64,000 nt of DNA. Source: Tubulanus polymorphus. Lineage: Eukaryota > Animalia > Nemertea. Shown in pieces: positions 1 through 10,354 of the stretch (the first letter of the stretch is position 1; every line of letters begins with the position of its first letter). The notes below the pieces were generated by a model that saw only the letters and a list, made by a program, of their open reading frames with translations, did not search any database and was not told the DNA's origin. The DNA is taken from assembly GCF_964204645.1 (NCBI RefSeq), contig NC_134028.1, positions 14,081,653 to 14,145,652 on the forward strand, given 5' to 3'. The position numbers were made by a program, and so were the translations under genes.

Positions 1-235
1 GATTATTTAAATTCAAAATATCGTGGAACTGCTCATGAAGATTGCAATTTACAAGCTAAGAAAGTCAATTTCGTACCAATATTATTTCAAAATTTATCAG
101 GCTATTATACCCATCTATTTACAAAACAATTATCAGGAAAATTGGGCGCAATTAATCAAGAAATAGAAGAATATAATGCTATGAATGAAGCAAATGTAAG
201 AAAATATGATTTTAAACTATTAGCTTAGACATCTG
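1..235 (+). pseudogene. Polinton pPolB fragment (EndoVII-like/exonuclease region), interrupted by Harbinger
   Basis: Frame 1 reads DYLNSKYRGTAHEDCNLQAKKVNFVPILFQNLSGY, matching DHLNGKFRGAAHENCNLQAKKINFVPVIFHNLSGY in the pPolB copy at 27111; ends at ..ACATCTG (KTSE motif). Confidence 0.9.
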
Positions 236-452
236 GGGCCGGTTGTTCAAAGGTTGTTTAATTTTAACCAGTCGTTAAGACTAACGACTGGTTAAAATCC
301 CTAACGAGTCGTTACTTAAACACTCGTTTAAAGACTGTTTAGATCGGTTGCTCAAAGACTGTTTAAGCCTTTGGTTGACTAACGAGTCGTTATCTTTTTT
401 TTAACTAGTAGTTAAGTCCTAAACAGTGTTTAGCCTCATTTTCAAAATCAAA

Positions 453-1638
453 ATGGCTGCAAACATGGAATCTGTGTCAGTTAAACCTGCTCAACAAAAC
501 ATTAGAAATAAAAGAAAAACTAACTTCAGTGTAAAAGAAATCGATCTGTTAACTAGCCTAGTGAGAGAAAACTACGATTTATTGACCAGCAGCTTCACTA
601 ACAGTGTTACAAATCGGAAAAAACATGATAAGTGGGTGGAGATAAGTAAGTCGGTGAGTTCTCTTGGAATTTGTGAGAGGACACCTGCTGCTGTAAAGGA
701 AAAGTGGCGGCAGCTTTGTGTAACTGCCAAGGCCACAGTAGGAGGCTATCAGCGGGAGAGTCGGAAAACTGGAGGAGGACCTGCACCTACTCAGCCAGCA
801 CCAGTTATCAACGAGATTATTGCCATCCAAGAAGAGCGAGGGAATCCATCCTTTTTTGGAATAGAAGGTGGTGTGGAAACTACCTTTTTGAGCGATTTAA
901 CAACTATTGGTGAGTTAATCTATCGTGTATCATTTTATTCAAATACTATTAAAAGGGCTTTTTATGATTTTTGGGTCTGATTTGGTAACATATTTTCAAT
1001 CGTCTGCTTTTGTTTTGGTTTCTAGCCAACGACCTTCAGACCGGCTTCTAGTGACTGTGATTTAGTTCGCACATAGGCCTATAAGAGCTAATTAAAGCCC
1101 TCTGGACTTACTGATTATTTAAATGCTTACCTTTACATACTTTCTCATTGTCTGATATGAAAATCAATGCTAGATTCCGGCCATTATAACTGTTAACTTA
1201 GGCAACATGACAGTCATGTACAGCAAAGTTCAAGAAGAACCTAAAACTACTAGTGGAGGGTGTACCTAAATTGCGGTTACGGATTTGGAATTTGGCTCGG
1301 TCCAATTCAATTCTATGTCAATCAGCTTTTTATTACCTCATCTTACTCAGTGGGTTGATTTCTCATTTTCAGATGCTTATGAATTACAATCGCTGATTGA
1401 CAACATTCGGAACCAAAGCCGAAAGTTACAGAGGAGCAAGAGAAGCTGACACCTACGCTGCCGGAGTCAGTAGTAGCAAAACTGCCAAAACGGAGGAAGT
1501 TTACCACTGATGACCGATTGCAGCTTCAGTGCGAGTTGCTGGTTGTCCAGAAAGAAGTGGCAGAACTCCAAAAACAAAAATTACTTCTGGAAATTAGAAG
1601 AAGAATTTAAAGATTCCGTTTCATGTTTATAATTATCC
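453..1638 (+). CDS. Harbinger Myb/SANT-like DNA-binding protein, spliced
   Basis: RKTNFSVKEIDLL..W..I..V..RT...VKEKW..L..KTGGGP motif; GT donor at 910; a later exon after TTTTCAG (~1373) encodes a coiled-coil end LQLQCELLVVQKEVAELQKQKL; internal exon structure uncertain. Confidence 0.8.
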
Positions 1639-1704
1639 AATACAACGTATGATTTAATGTTTTTTTCAATTTTATTAAAGATTGTTCCCATGATTAGATT
1701 GATT

Positions 1705-2858
1705 TTAGTCATTGAAATGCCTGGCCGCAAATCTGGCTCTGAATGCCACGCTATCAAAATTTGGTGGTGCAAAGACGTCACCAAACTCCATTTCGTCGAC
1801 GACATCTGCGGGCTCTGGTTCATTCAACTGTATAGCTATGTTGTGTAGTATGGCACAGCACAAAACGATCTTACAGACACGTCCGGGTGTCATTCTTATT
1901 TCTCTGTGTAGAATGTGCGTTTAAAGATTCCAAAAGCCCTTTCTATGATGCTTCTGGTACTTTTATGAGAGCCGTTGTACCTTCTCTCTGCCCTTGAGTA
2001 CGCATGTAAAAACGGAGTAAGCAGAAACCTCCGGCACGCATATCCACTATCTCCCAAAATGATGCCATCATATTCTGGATGTGCTTCCAAATATCTAGGA
2101 AAGAAAAAATCAGCCATCCCTAAATCAAGTTGTGAGTTATAGATGGTGAATGGTTCTAAGCTTCAATAAGAAAATATTCCAATGATTGATAGCAATTCTC
2201 AGTCAAATGGACTTTTTCTTAGATTTCGACTCATGGGAAAATATTTTCCTTCTGGTTTTTCCAATAACGTAACACTTTAGAATATGCAAGAATTGATCTC
2301 TGTGAAAAGGTTATTTTTATAGTTCATGAATTACAGAAACAAGGGAGGGCGAACACATAGTTCAAGTGAGACGGAGACATTCATACCTGCTGATTGGAGA
2401 TGATCGGAATATATGACTATCATGAGTCGATCCAGGCCATTTTGCAATGATGTTGGTAAATCTTGCTGGAAAGAAGAAAACAGCGTGATCAATAGGCCTA
2501 CTAATAGACATTATTTACGTATAATGACTGAGGGTTAAGTTTGACACAAACATAAGTAGGGTATGCTTCATGATGGTAGACCTATCTTGGGATTCGAACC
2601 AGTATTGAAGCGGGGAAGATTATGGACTGTATAGTAGCGCCTTCTACTGTAATGCTAAGACTGAGATAAAACTGTCGCTTGCTGCATCTAGTCGCAAGTA
2701 CCCGGAAATATATAAATTATGGGAGAAACAAAACATTAACTGGGAATAATATTTTACCTTTGTGATCACATATTGCCTGAACATTGATGCTATGAAAGCT
2801 CTTTCTGTTGACGAAAGCTGGCTCATTTTCTGTTGGAGCCTGAATGCGAATGTGCGTA
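1705..2858 (-). pseudogene. Harbinger (HARBI1-like, DDE_Tnp_4) transposase, three exons, 5' part missing
   Basis: Exons 2858-2758 ([33 protein letters not shown]), 2465-2387 ([19 protein letters not shown]) and 2094-1705 ([22 protein letters not shown]) joined by phase-compatible GT-AG introns; frameshift near 1915. Confidence 0.92.
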
Positions 2859-3047
2859 AGTAATGGGGATAATAGGCTTTCAGATCAAAGGTCGAAGGGT
2901 CGAGCTCGTAAAAAAATGAAAATAACAATAATTTACAGTTGAATTAGTCGCGCACACTCCTAATTCAACTGTAAATTATTGTTATTTTCATTTTTTACTC
3001 ACTCGCCCATTCAACCTTTAACCTGAAAGCCTATTATCCCTATTACT
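2859..3047. repeat. Terminal palindrome (hairpin) of Polinton TIR
   Basis: AGTAATGGGGATAATAGGCTTTCAG..CAGTTGAATTAG / CTAATTCAACTG..CTGAAAGCCTATTATCCCTATTACT. Confidence 0.92.
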
Positions 3048-3278
3048 CTTAAAATATTCATGTAAATGAATTACATTTAAATTGACAGATTATTCAATAT
3101 AAAAGTGTAAGCTCTTATAGAATAGATATATAGATATATTTACAACATTATTTCAATATTCATATTTGTATGAGTTAGATTTTTAAACATTAAAAGTGTT
3201 AGTAAAGTGTGATTGAAATAATGCATAATATAAATCCTTGAACTTCTAAAATCAATTTAAAAAAAATATGTATAATAA

Positions 3279-3932
3279 ATGGAACCAGAACAACCACAAA
3301 CTATCAATATAACAAATAACGCTGGTGTTATAAACATATACTACAAGAAGTGTTCTAAATGTGAATTAGATAAATTAGCTATAACAGAATTTAATAAGCG
3401 TAAGATTAGCAAAGATGGTTTTCAATATTGCTGTAAAACTTGTACTAAACTATATACCAAACAATACAGAGAAGATAATAAGGAAGCTTATAATGATTAT
3501 ATGACAGAATATATGAGAGAAAGATATCAAACAGATCTTAATTTTAGATTAAAACAATGTTTAAGATCTAGATTAACACAATTATTCAACAAAGAAACAC
3601 ATTCAGAAACACTATCTAATTTATTGGGTTGTACAGATGAATTTTTCATATCATGGATAATATATCAATTCGATTATAGAATGAATATAGATAATTATGG
3701 TGAATACTTTCATATTGATCATGTGTTGCCGATTTCTAAATTTAACATGAATGATGAATACAATAACAAACTTATTTGGAGTTGGAAAAATTTAAGACCT
3801 TTAGAAAAGAAGGAAAACATAATTAAATCTAATAAACTAGATATACAGTTATATTTAGACCAACTGGATAAAGCAAGGACATTTGTTGAATTATGGAACT
3901 CAACACATAATGAAAAATACGTTGAAGCTTAA
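3279..3932 (+). CDS. HNH-type endonuclease with N-terminal CxxC zinc module
   Basis: KKCSKC..CCKTC, then HIDHVLP..NLRPL..EN..KSN; last codons replaced by an insertion at 3928. Confidence 0.75.
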   Translation: MEPEQPQTINITNNAGVINIYYKKCSKCELDKLAITEFNKRKISKDGFQYCCKTCTKLYTKQYREDNKEAYNDYMTEYMRERYQTDLNFRLKQCLRSRLTQLFNKETHSETLSNLLGCTDEFFISWIIYQFDYRMNIDNYGEYFHIDHVLPISKFNMNDEYNNKLIWSWKNLRPLEKKENIIKSNKLDIQLYLDQLDKARTFVELWNSTHNEKYVEA

Positions 3933-4751
3933 ACGCTTAGAAAACCGGTTACTCTCGATCTATGTCAAACCGCCTATATGTAATTGTATTAGGTTGTTTA
4001 CAAAAACATCTGTCGCACGTTATATTCAGTTGAATGGGGTGTATCTCATTTGAATATTGATCGAATGTGCTATTTCAGTTGAAAAGGGTTAATCAATTAT
4101 ATTACAAAGGAACATCTGTTGCACAGACAGTGTTTAGCTAGTGAATAACTGGCAGTTATAAACGCGCAGCACATAAGCATAGGAACGTATAGGATATTCT
4201 CTCTATGAACACAATTTTAGGAGTTTAAAGTTATAAATGTAAGTACTGTTTTTGTTGTTATTAAGCGCCGGGAAACGTTAAACATGTAAAACTTATCCTG
4301 GTAAGATGCGCCACAAATGGCTATGTTTAAGTGCTGTAATTAATATTTTACAACTACAACTTCAAGTTAGTTTTATTCTACGCTAGATATTTATCTTTTA
4401 GATAACAAAATGAAGACCATTGAATCAAGAAAGTGAAGATAGATGGATGTGGAATCAGAAATAATGGATATTTCAACTCATGAGACTGTAGCCGTTTAGC
4501 CATACTGTATAGGCTTCCAATGCATTACGTTTGTCGGAATTTCAATTGCGTCATTCAGCTGTTGTTAATGTCACACACAGTGACAGATGTTGTATTATAC
4601 TTTATTGATTCCTGCATTCCACGCATACCTTACCGCTCGGCTGCCGAGCGGCTTGGAATGTGGAAATCGATAATGATTGTAGAATGAAATATATGTGTTT
4701 ATGAAATAGTATTTCCACCAGTCGTTTCTTTGAATTTATTTTCAGTTTAAG
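3928..4751. mobile_element. Non-autonomous insertion with CTTAAAC..GTTTAAG ends and a subterminal GC hairpin (possibly Crypton-like)
   Basis: Removing it restores the frame VEGFIIKNPK, matching VEEFDIKDPK in the copy at ~56960-56990; hairpin CCGCTCGGCTGCCGAGCGG at ~4633-4651. Confidence 0.6.
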
Positions 4752-5075
4752 GATTTATTATCAAGAATCCGAAATGACTTATCTGGACAGTTATAATTAC
4801 TGTTCCTATAGATAAACAATAGTAGTGAGATAATCTAAATCCTAATTTAAATAAAAAGTATTTAAAAAACAATAACTTCAACTAGCTAGTGAATTCTATT
4901 ATATTTTTAATACTTTCTTTTCAAAAGAGAATACTTTATATTTTGAATAGATTCAAATAGAAATTCTTTAAATTCAAATAGCTAGTATCAGTAGTCAATA
5001 CTAGAATTCTTTAACTTTAACTATCTAGTATCAGAATACTTATAATATTTTTCTTATTAAATTTCTCTAATATAA

Positions 5076-5677
5076 ATGTCAAAGAAATCGAGTAAGAATA
5101 GTATTGATATTGAAAAAACATTAGATGGTTTGGGCTAAGTGATAATAAGGATCCAGTTGTTTCTAATTCTATTCAAGTTAATAACAATATTGATTATGAA
5201 TACTACTTATATTATAAGCACCATCTAGAATTATTAATTGCTAGTGGTAAATGTAATCAGTTTATTGGGAAAATAAAAACTTTTCAAAAATTAGATGCTA
5301 TGAAACCAGAAAAAGTAATAAAATATTTTAAGATTTATGAAGAGGCAAGATTGGCCCGAATAAATGATTCTATTTCAGATGGTATTGTCAAATGTTATTC
5401 TAAGTTATGTAACCAGTTAATACCAATTGATGATGAAAATAAATTATATAGTGATTTGAAAAATGACTACTTAGTTATGACTGAATTACAAAAATGGGTT
5501 GGATATGCTTCATTTCAATTAGGATCGGTTATGACATTAATTTCTACTGGCGTCAAAACATTTTCGAATATCAAGCCTATGGAATATAAATCAGGTAAGA
5601 ACGAAACAGATGTACTACAACCAAACGTCGAAACAGAAAATGAATCAGAACAAAAATTAACTAAAATAAATGAGTGA
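5076..5677 (+). pseudogene. Conserved Polinton ORF (~200 aa, MSKKS..), premature stop
   Basis: Homologous to 50803-51138 and 57420-57771; in-frame TAA at ~5137. Confidence 0.75.
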
Positions 5678-6021
5678 TGGAGTTAAGAAAAAGGCTAGAT
5701 CAGAGAAACAAATTAAATGGGCAAGAGAATTAGGTAAAAGATCTTAAGAATTAAAAAAAGCTAAGAAAAAGAAATTAACTGATATAAATGAATCACCTGA
5801 TATTGATTCAAATAATAATCCATCTGATTCTTCTAATGCTGGAAGTAATTATAAATTATATATTACAATTGGATTAGTAACAGTTATTATATTATCCGGT
5901 GTAATATATAAATCAAAATTCAAATCTGATGATAAAGATGATTCCAATGATAATAAACCTATCATACCAGAAAATAAGTCAAATCATAAAGCCATTGAAA
6001 CTAAATCTAAATTATTATTAA
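5670..6021 (+). pseudogene. Small basic single-TM Polinton ORF (MSDGV..)
   Basis: Homolog of 50415-50783; in-frame stop near 5745. Confidence 0.7.
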
Positions 6022-6035
6022 TGGATTAAAATAAG

Positions 6036-7100
6036 ATGAAAAAAGATATATATTTAAGAGAGTTATATTATAACCCAGAAAGTGAAGTATCATATTCTAA
6101 CGTTACAGAATTATGGGGTTAAAATTAAATCTGATAAGGAAAATGGCAATATAAAATATAGTGAATTGAAATCATGGTTACAAAATCAACCAACATATCA
6201 AATCCACAAGAAAATGGATAAAACTTATTTAACAAGAAAAGTTATGGTTTCATATATCGATCAACAATGGCAAGCTGATTTAATTGACATGAAGAACTTA
6301 TATTAAATGTTAGAGACATATTCAGTAGATACGCATGGTCAATTCCAATCAAAAATAAAACTGGTATAGAAGTTACTAATGCTTTTAAAAATATATTCAA
6401 AGAAGCTATTCCAGATAAGATACAATTTGATGAAGGTAAGGAATTTTATAATAAACATTTCAAAAAATTATTATCTGACAGCGATGTAGAATATTTTTCA
6501 ACACATTCAGATAAAAAAGCATCTATTATAGAAAGGTTTAATAAAACATTGAAATCTAGAATGTGGAAATATTTTACTGCTAATGGAACATATAAATATA
6601 TCGATGTATTAGATGATTTAGTGAAAGGTTATAATAATTATAAACATAGTTCTATAAATATGAAACCTATACAAGCTAGAAAAGAAGATCATTCGGAAAT
6701 AGTTTGGAATTATTTATATGGAGCATTTGTTACACATAATTTCGGCGAACCTAAATTTAAAATAGGACAACACGTTAGAATATCTAAATATAGAAAAACC
6801 TTTTATAAAGGTTATACCCCAAATTTTACAGAAGAAATATTCAAGATTAAAAAGATAATATTAACTAAACCTTTTGTTTATAAATTAGAAGATCTAAAAG
6901 ATGAAGAAATATTAGGTTATTTTTATGAACAAGAATTATCACTTGTACCAAACCCAGATGAAGTAGAATACAAAATAGAAAAAGTATTGAAAACAAAAAC
7001 TCTTAAAGGAAAAAAGTATTCTTTGGTGAAATATAAAGGATACGATGATAAATTTAATGAATGGATTTTATCTAGTAAAATTAAAAGAATAAATGAATAA
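6036..7100 (+). pseudogene. Retroviral-like (rve) integrase with C-terminal chromodomain, frameshifted
   Basis: WQADLIDM, IQFDEGKEF and IERFNKTLK DDE motifs; chromo-like YKIEKVLK..VKYKGYDDKFNEWI. Confidence 0.92.
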
Positions 7101-7704
7101 AGATTTATTTATATTTGAACCGCATAATATGTTAGTTACTGGAGTAACCAATTGTGGTAAAACACATTTCATATTAGATTTGTTAGAAACTATTTATAAG
7201 AATCATTTTGATAATATAATATTATTCTGTCCTACTTATGAAATGAATAAAACATATAATAGAGATATAGTTAAGATGAAAAAGTTTATTATATTAGATC
7301 CTAAAACAGTAAAAGAAAATTTAGATAATTGTATAAAAAAAGCAACTGATACTTATAAAGGATCAAATACATTATTCATTATAGGTGATTGCGCAAATTT
7401 ACATGATTCAAAAGTTAGAGAAAGTGAGTTATGTTATCTAGCTTTCTCTGGGAGACATTTTGGGATAACAACATGGGTTTTAAATCAAAAATATAATTCA
7501 ATTGTTAAAGACCTTAGGGAGAATATAAGATTTCTAGTTTTATTTTATAACAAAGATGAAAAATCTATGCAACAATCATTGGAAGAAAATCAAATTATAC
7601 CTACTGAATTACATGATGAATATATGAATAAATTGAAGAATAATAAAGGTTCAAAATTATTCCTGAGATTACAATTTCCCTATGAATATAAATTTATAAA
7701 ATAA
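7093..7704 (+). CDS. A32/FtsK-like DNA packaging ATPase (Walker B altered to IGD)
   Basis: Walker A GVTNCGKT, SGRHFG, NQKY; other copies have IIDD. Confidence 0.9.
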   Translation: MNKDLFIFEPHNMLVTGVTNCGKTHFILDLLETIYKNHFDNIILFCPTYEMNKTYNRDIVKMKKFIILDPKTVKENLDNCIKKATDTYKGSNTLFIIGDCANLHDSKVRESELCYLAFSGRHFGITTWVLNQKYNSIVKDLRENIRFLVLFYNKDEKSMQQSLEENQIIPTELHDEYMNKLKNNKGSKLFLRLQFPYEYKFIK

Positions 7705-7714
7705 CTATTTTTAT

Positions 7715-8075
7715 ACCTATGTATTAGATACCCTAAAACCTGATACCCCATTAGATACCCTAATACCTGATACCCTATTAGATACCTTAAATACTTAAAA
7801 CCCCCTTTTTTAAAATAAATATTATTTATACAATTTTCAACCAATTTATTTTTTTTTCAACTAATATATGAATAAGTTTGAAAATAATAAAGGTTATTTA
7901 TTATTACTGAGGTTTCAATATAAATTTAAAAAAGAAATATAATTTAAGGTATTTTCAAATAATATGTATTAGATATGTATTAGATATGTATTAGATACCC
8001 TATTAGATACCTTAAATACTTAAAACCCCTTTTTTATTTACTATTATTTTATACAATTTTCAACTAATATTATTA
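7715..8075. repeat. Central intergenic repeat array (TATTAGATAC units plus a ~70 bp direct duplication)
   Basis: Repeated TATTAGATAC/GATACCC; block CCCTATTAGATACCTTAAATACTTAAAACCCC occurs twice. Confidence 0.8.
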
Positions 8076-8171
8076 TTTGAGTTAAATATAATTAATATCT
8101 TAATCACTTTCACTATCAGACCCCCCTAACAATTTATTCAAATTCTCTACCAAATTTTCTTCTTCAAATTC

Positions 8172-8795
8172 TCATCTCTTATTTTTATACTTATTTTTCA
8201 CCTTTTTTACCGCATCATCAATAGTTGTTTCATTGTTATGCTTATTCATCCAATCAAATTTATCATTATTTTCTACTTTATGTTTCATCGAATCTTTATT
8301 AGTGTTTGCTCCTAATATTTCATTAGCATCGGTTAGATCTAATTCATCTTTATTAGGTGTTGCTAATAATAAATCTTCACATATTTTTTCACCATTTACT
8401 TTTTGATTTGAAACAAACTTTGTAACATATCTAAATGGGTGTTCTATAAATTCTTTTAAACCAACACTATCTATAACATTATTTATATGTACCCTTGTAT
8501 TCATATGTTTATTCCAATTTGATGTAGCGTTTGAAAATTCACTTTTACAATATCCACAATAATTTCCTTTTTCACTAACATTTAATATTATTTCATTATT
8601 AGATGTAGTAGGTATTACATTATTAGATGTAGTAGGTATTACATTATTAGATGTAGAAGGTATTACATTATTAGATGTAGAAGGTATTACATTATTAGAT
8701 GTAGAAGGTATTACATTCTTATCAATTACATTACTTAAATTATCAACAACACCACTTTTATTATTATCGATTTCTATTAGTTTAGTTTTATAAAT
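8172..8795 (-). pseudogene. Variable zinc-finger protein, 5' truncated
   Basis: NNVIP(S/T)TS repeats, then YCGYCKSEF..WNKHMNTRVH in frame with ORF 8172-8504. Confidence 0.7.
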
Positions 8796-8796
8796 T

Positions 8797-9057
8797 TTAA
8801 AATTTTTTAATCAAATATCTTCCAACATTATCAACAACATAATTATTATTATTACCGATTACTTTTATATCGGCAGATAAATAAATACTATTTGGAACGT
8901 AAAAAGTATTTTGTGTTAATCGAGGAATTCTAACATATAAAGTTTCATCGGGATTAATATTAGAAGGGTTTTGAGTAATTATATGATGTGATCTTTCTGC
9001 TTTAATAGCATTAGATATTCTATGATTCTTAGAAGCATTGATATAACTCCCACTCAT
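8797..9057 (-). pseudogene. Major capsid protein, 5' fragment
   Basis: Matches the N-terminus of 34987; fused by deletion to the zinc-finger gene. Confidence 0.8.
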
Positions 9058-9102
9058 TTATTTAACAAAAAAAATTAATTATTTATTTTTTATCATTTTT
9101 AC

Positions 9103-10338
9103 TTACCCAAAAATAATAGCACATACAACTGTAATTAGAAATAAAATAATACGTTCAGCAGCAAAGTTAAAAATGTTTCCTGCAGATTTCAATATAAAAC
9201 CAACAATTGATGCAATAATTCCTGGTAATGCTGCAGCAGATTTTTTAGATAGTTCCCATAAATATTTTGCTAATTTCTTTAAACCATCTTTAACTTTATC
9301 TTGTATAGAATTATTATCATTCGGGGGTTTATCTGGTTTATTGGGAGTAGGAGTAGATTTTAAAGCATTTGATATTGCTAAACCAATTGTTGTAAATAAC
9401 ATAGTTACAGCTGTTAGAATTGAAAGAATTGTTATTCCTTCTAATTTAAACAATAATTTTATTCTATCTTTCAATGATATTTCATAATCTGGTTTTATCA
9501 ACAAATCTTTAAAAATAACTTTTAATTTTTTAATATGGTTAAGATCATATGATTTTAATAATGTATCTCTTTCTTTTTCCTGTAATTCTTTGTTATATTT
9601 TAAATCATCTATTTCTTTTTCTAAAGCTAACTTTCTGCTTTCATAATCAGCTTCCTCGATTAATTGAAGATCTCTATTTAATTCTAATTGTTTTAATTCT
9701 TCATTTGCATTAGTTAATTCTTTTTCTAACATGGTTATTTTAGAAAATCTCATCTTAATATTAGCAATTTCACCAGCTGATTCTTGCATACCTTTAATTT
9801 CTCTACGTGCTTGTTCAGGAAATGCTTCTAATTCATTATCAGTTAAATCAAGTAATCCTTTTTCTAATAGATGTTGTATTTGATTTGTTCCAATACTATT
9901 CATCTCTTCTTCTGAATCTCTTAATCTATCAATTTGTTTTTCTAATACTAATTGTAATTGACTTGAATCATTATCAATTTGTTGAATATCTCTTCTCGAT
10001 GTTTCGGGTGTTGAAGATCTTAATTCATCTAATCGATCTCTATGATCTTCCATTTCTGGATCAACATCATTAGGATTTAAATTAGGATTTTTAAATGGTG
10101 AATATTTGTTAATATCAATTTTAGGAGTTGGTTCTTCTTCATTTATTCTATCGATTGCATTCCATATAATTCTGAGAAATTCTCTACCACCTTTTGAACG
10201 TTCCATTGTTGATAATGCTCGCATTCCAGGTTCAAAAATATTTTCTTGACCCATTCTAGATAATTGAATTGATACAGTATTCCTATTTAATTCAAGATTA
10301 TAATACCATGAATCATTTTTAAATTCTAAATTATTCAT
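9103..10338 (-). pseudogene. Coiled-coil membrane protein (variant B), 5' truncated
   Basis: Coiled coil, TM GITILSILTAVTMLFTTIGLAI, Pro-rich linker, ALPGIIASIVGFIL; homolog of 40152-41888. Confidence 0.75.
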
Positions 10339-10354
10339 GAAAAATGGTCATCTT

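Larger units (their letters stand above)
236..2858. mobile_element. PIF/Harbinger DNA transposon, truncated on the right by a Polinton insertion
   Basis: Starts GGGCCGGTTGTTCAAA after CTG (CWG-type target), has subterminal TAACGA repeats, and carries convergent Myb/SANT and DDE transposase genes; no right TIR in the window. Confidence 0.9.

Noticed and set aside
2581-2670. tRNA gene (GGTTCGAATCC B-box on the minus strand)
   Set aside because: No convincing cloverleaf or A-box; lies in a Harbinger intron, at most a SINE remnant.
2644-2928. 94 aa ORF on the minus strand
   Set aside because: Off-frame read through the terminal palindrome, a Harbinger exon and an intron; the real frame is the transposase.
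9173-10073. Antisense ORFs (also 17065, 17641, 34478, 40801-41667, 59612)
   Set aside because: Shadows of real genes on the other strand; no TAAATG starts or motifs.
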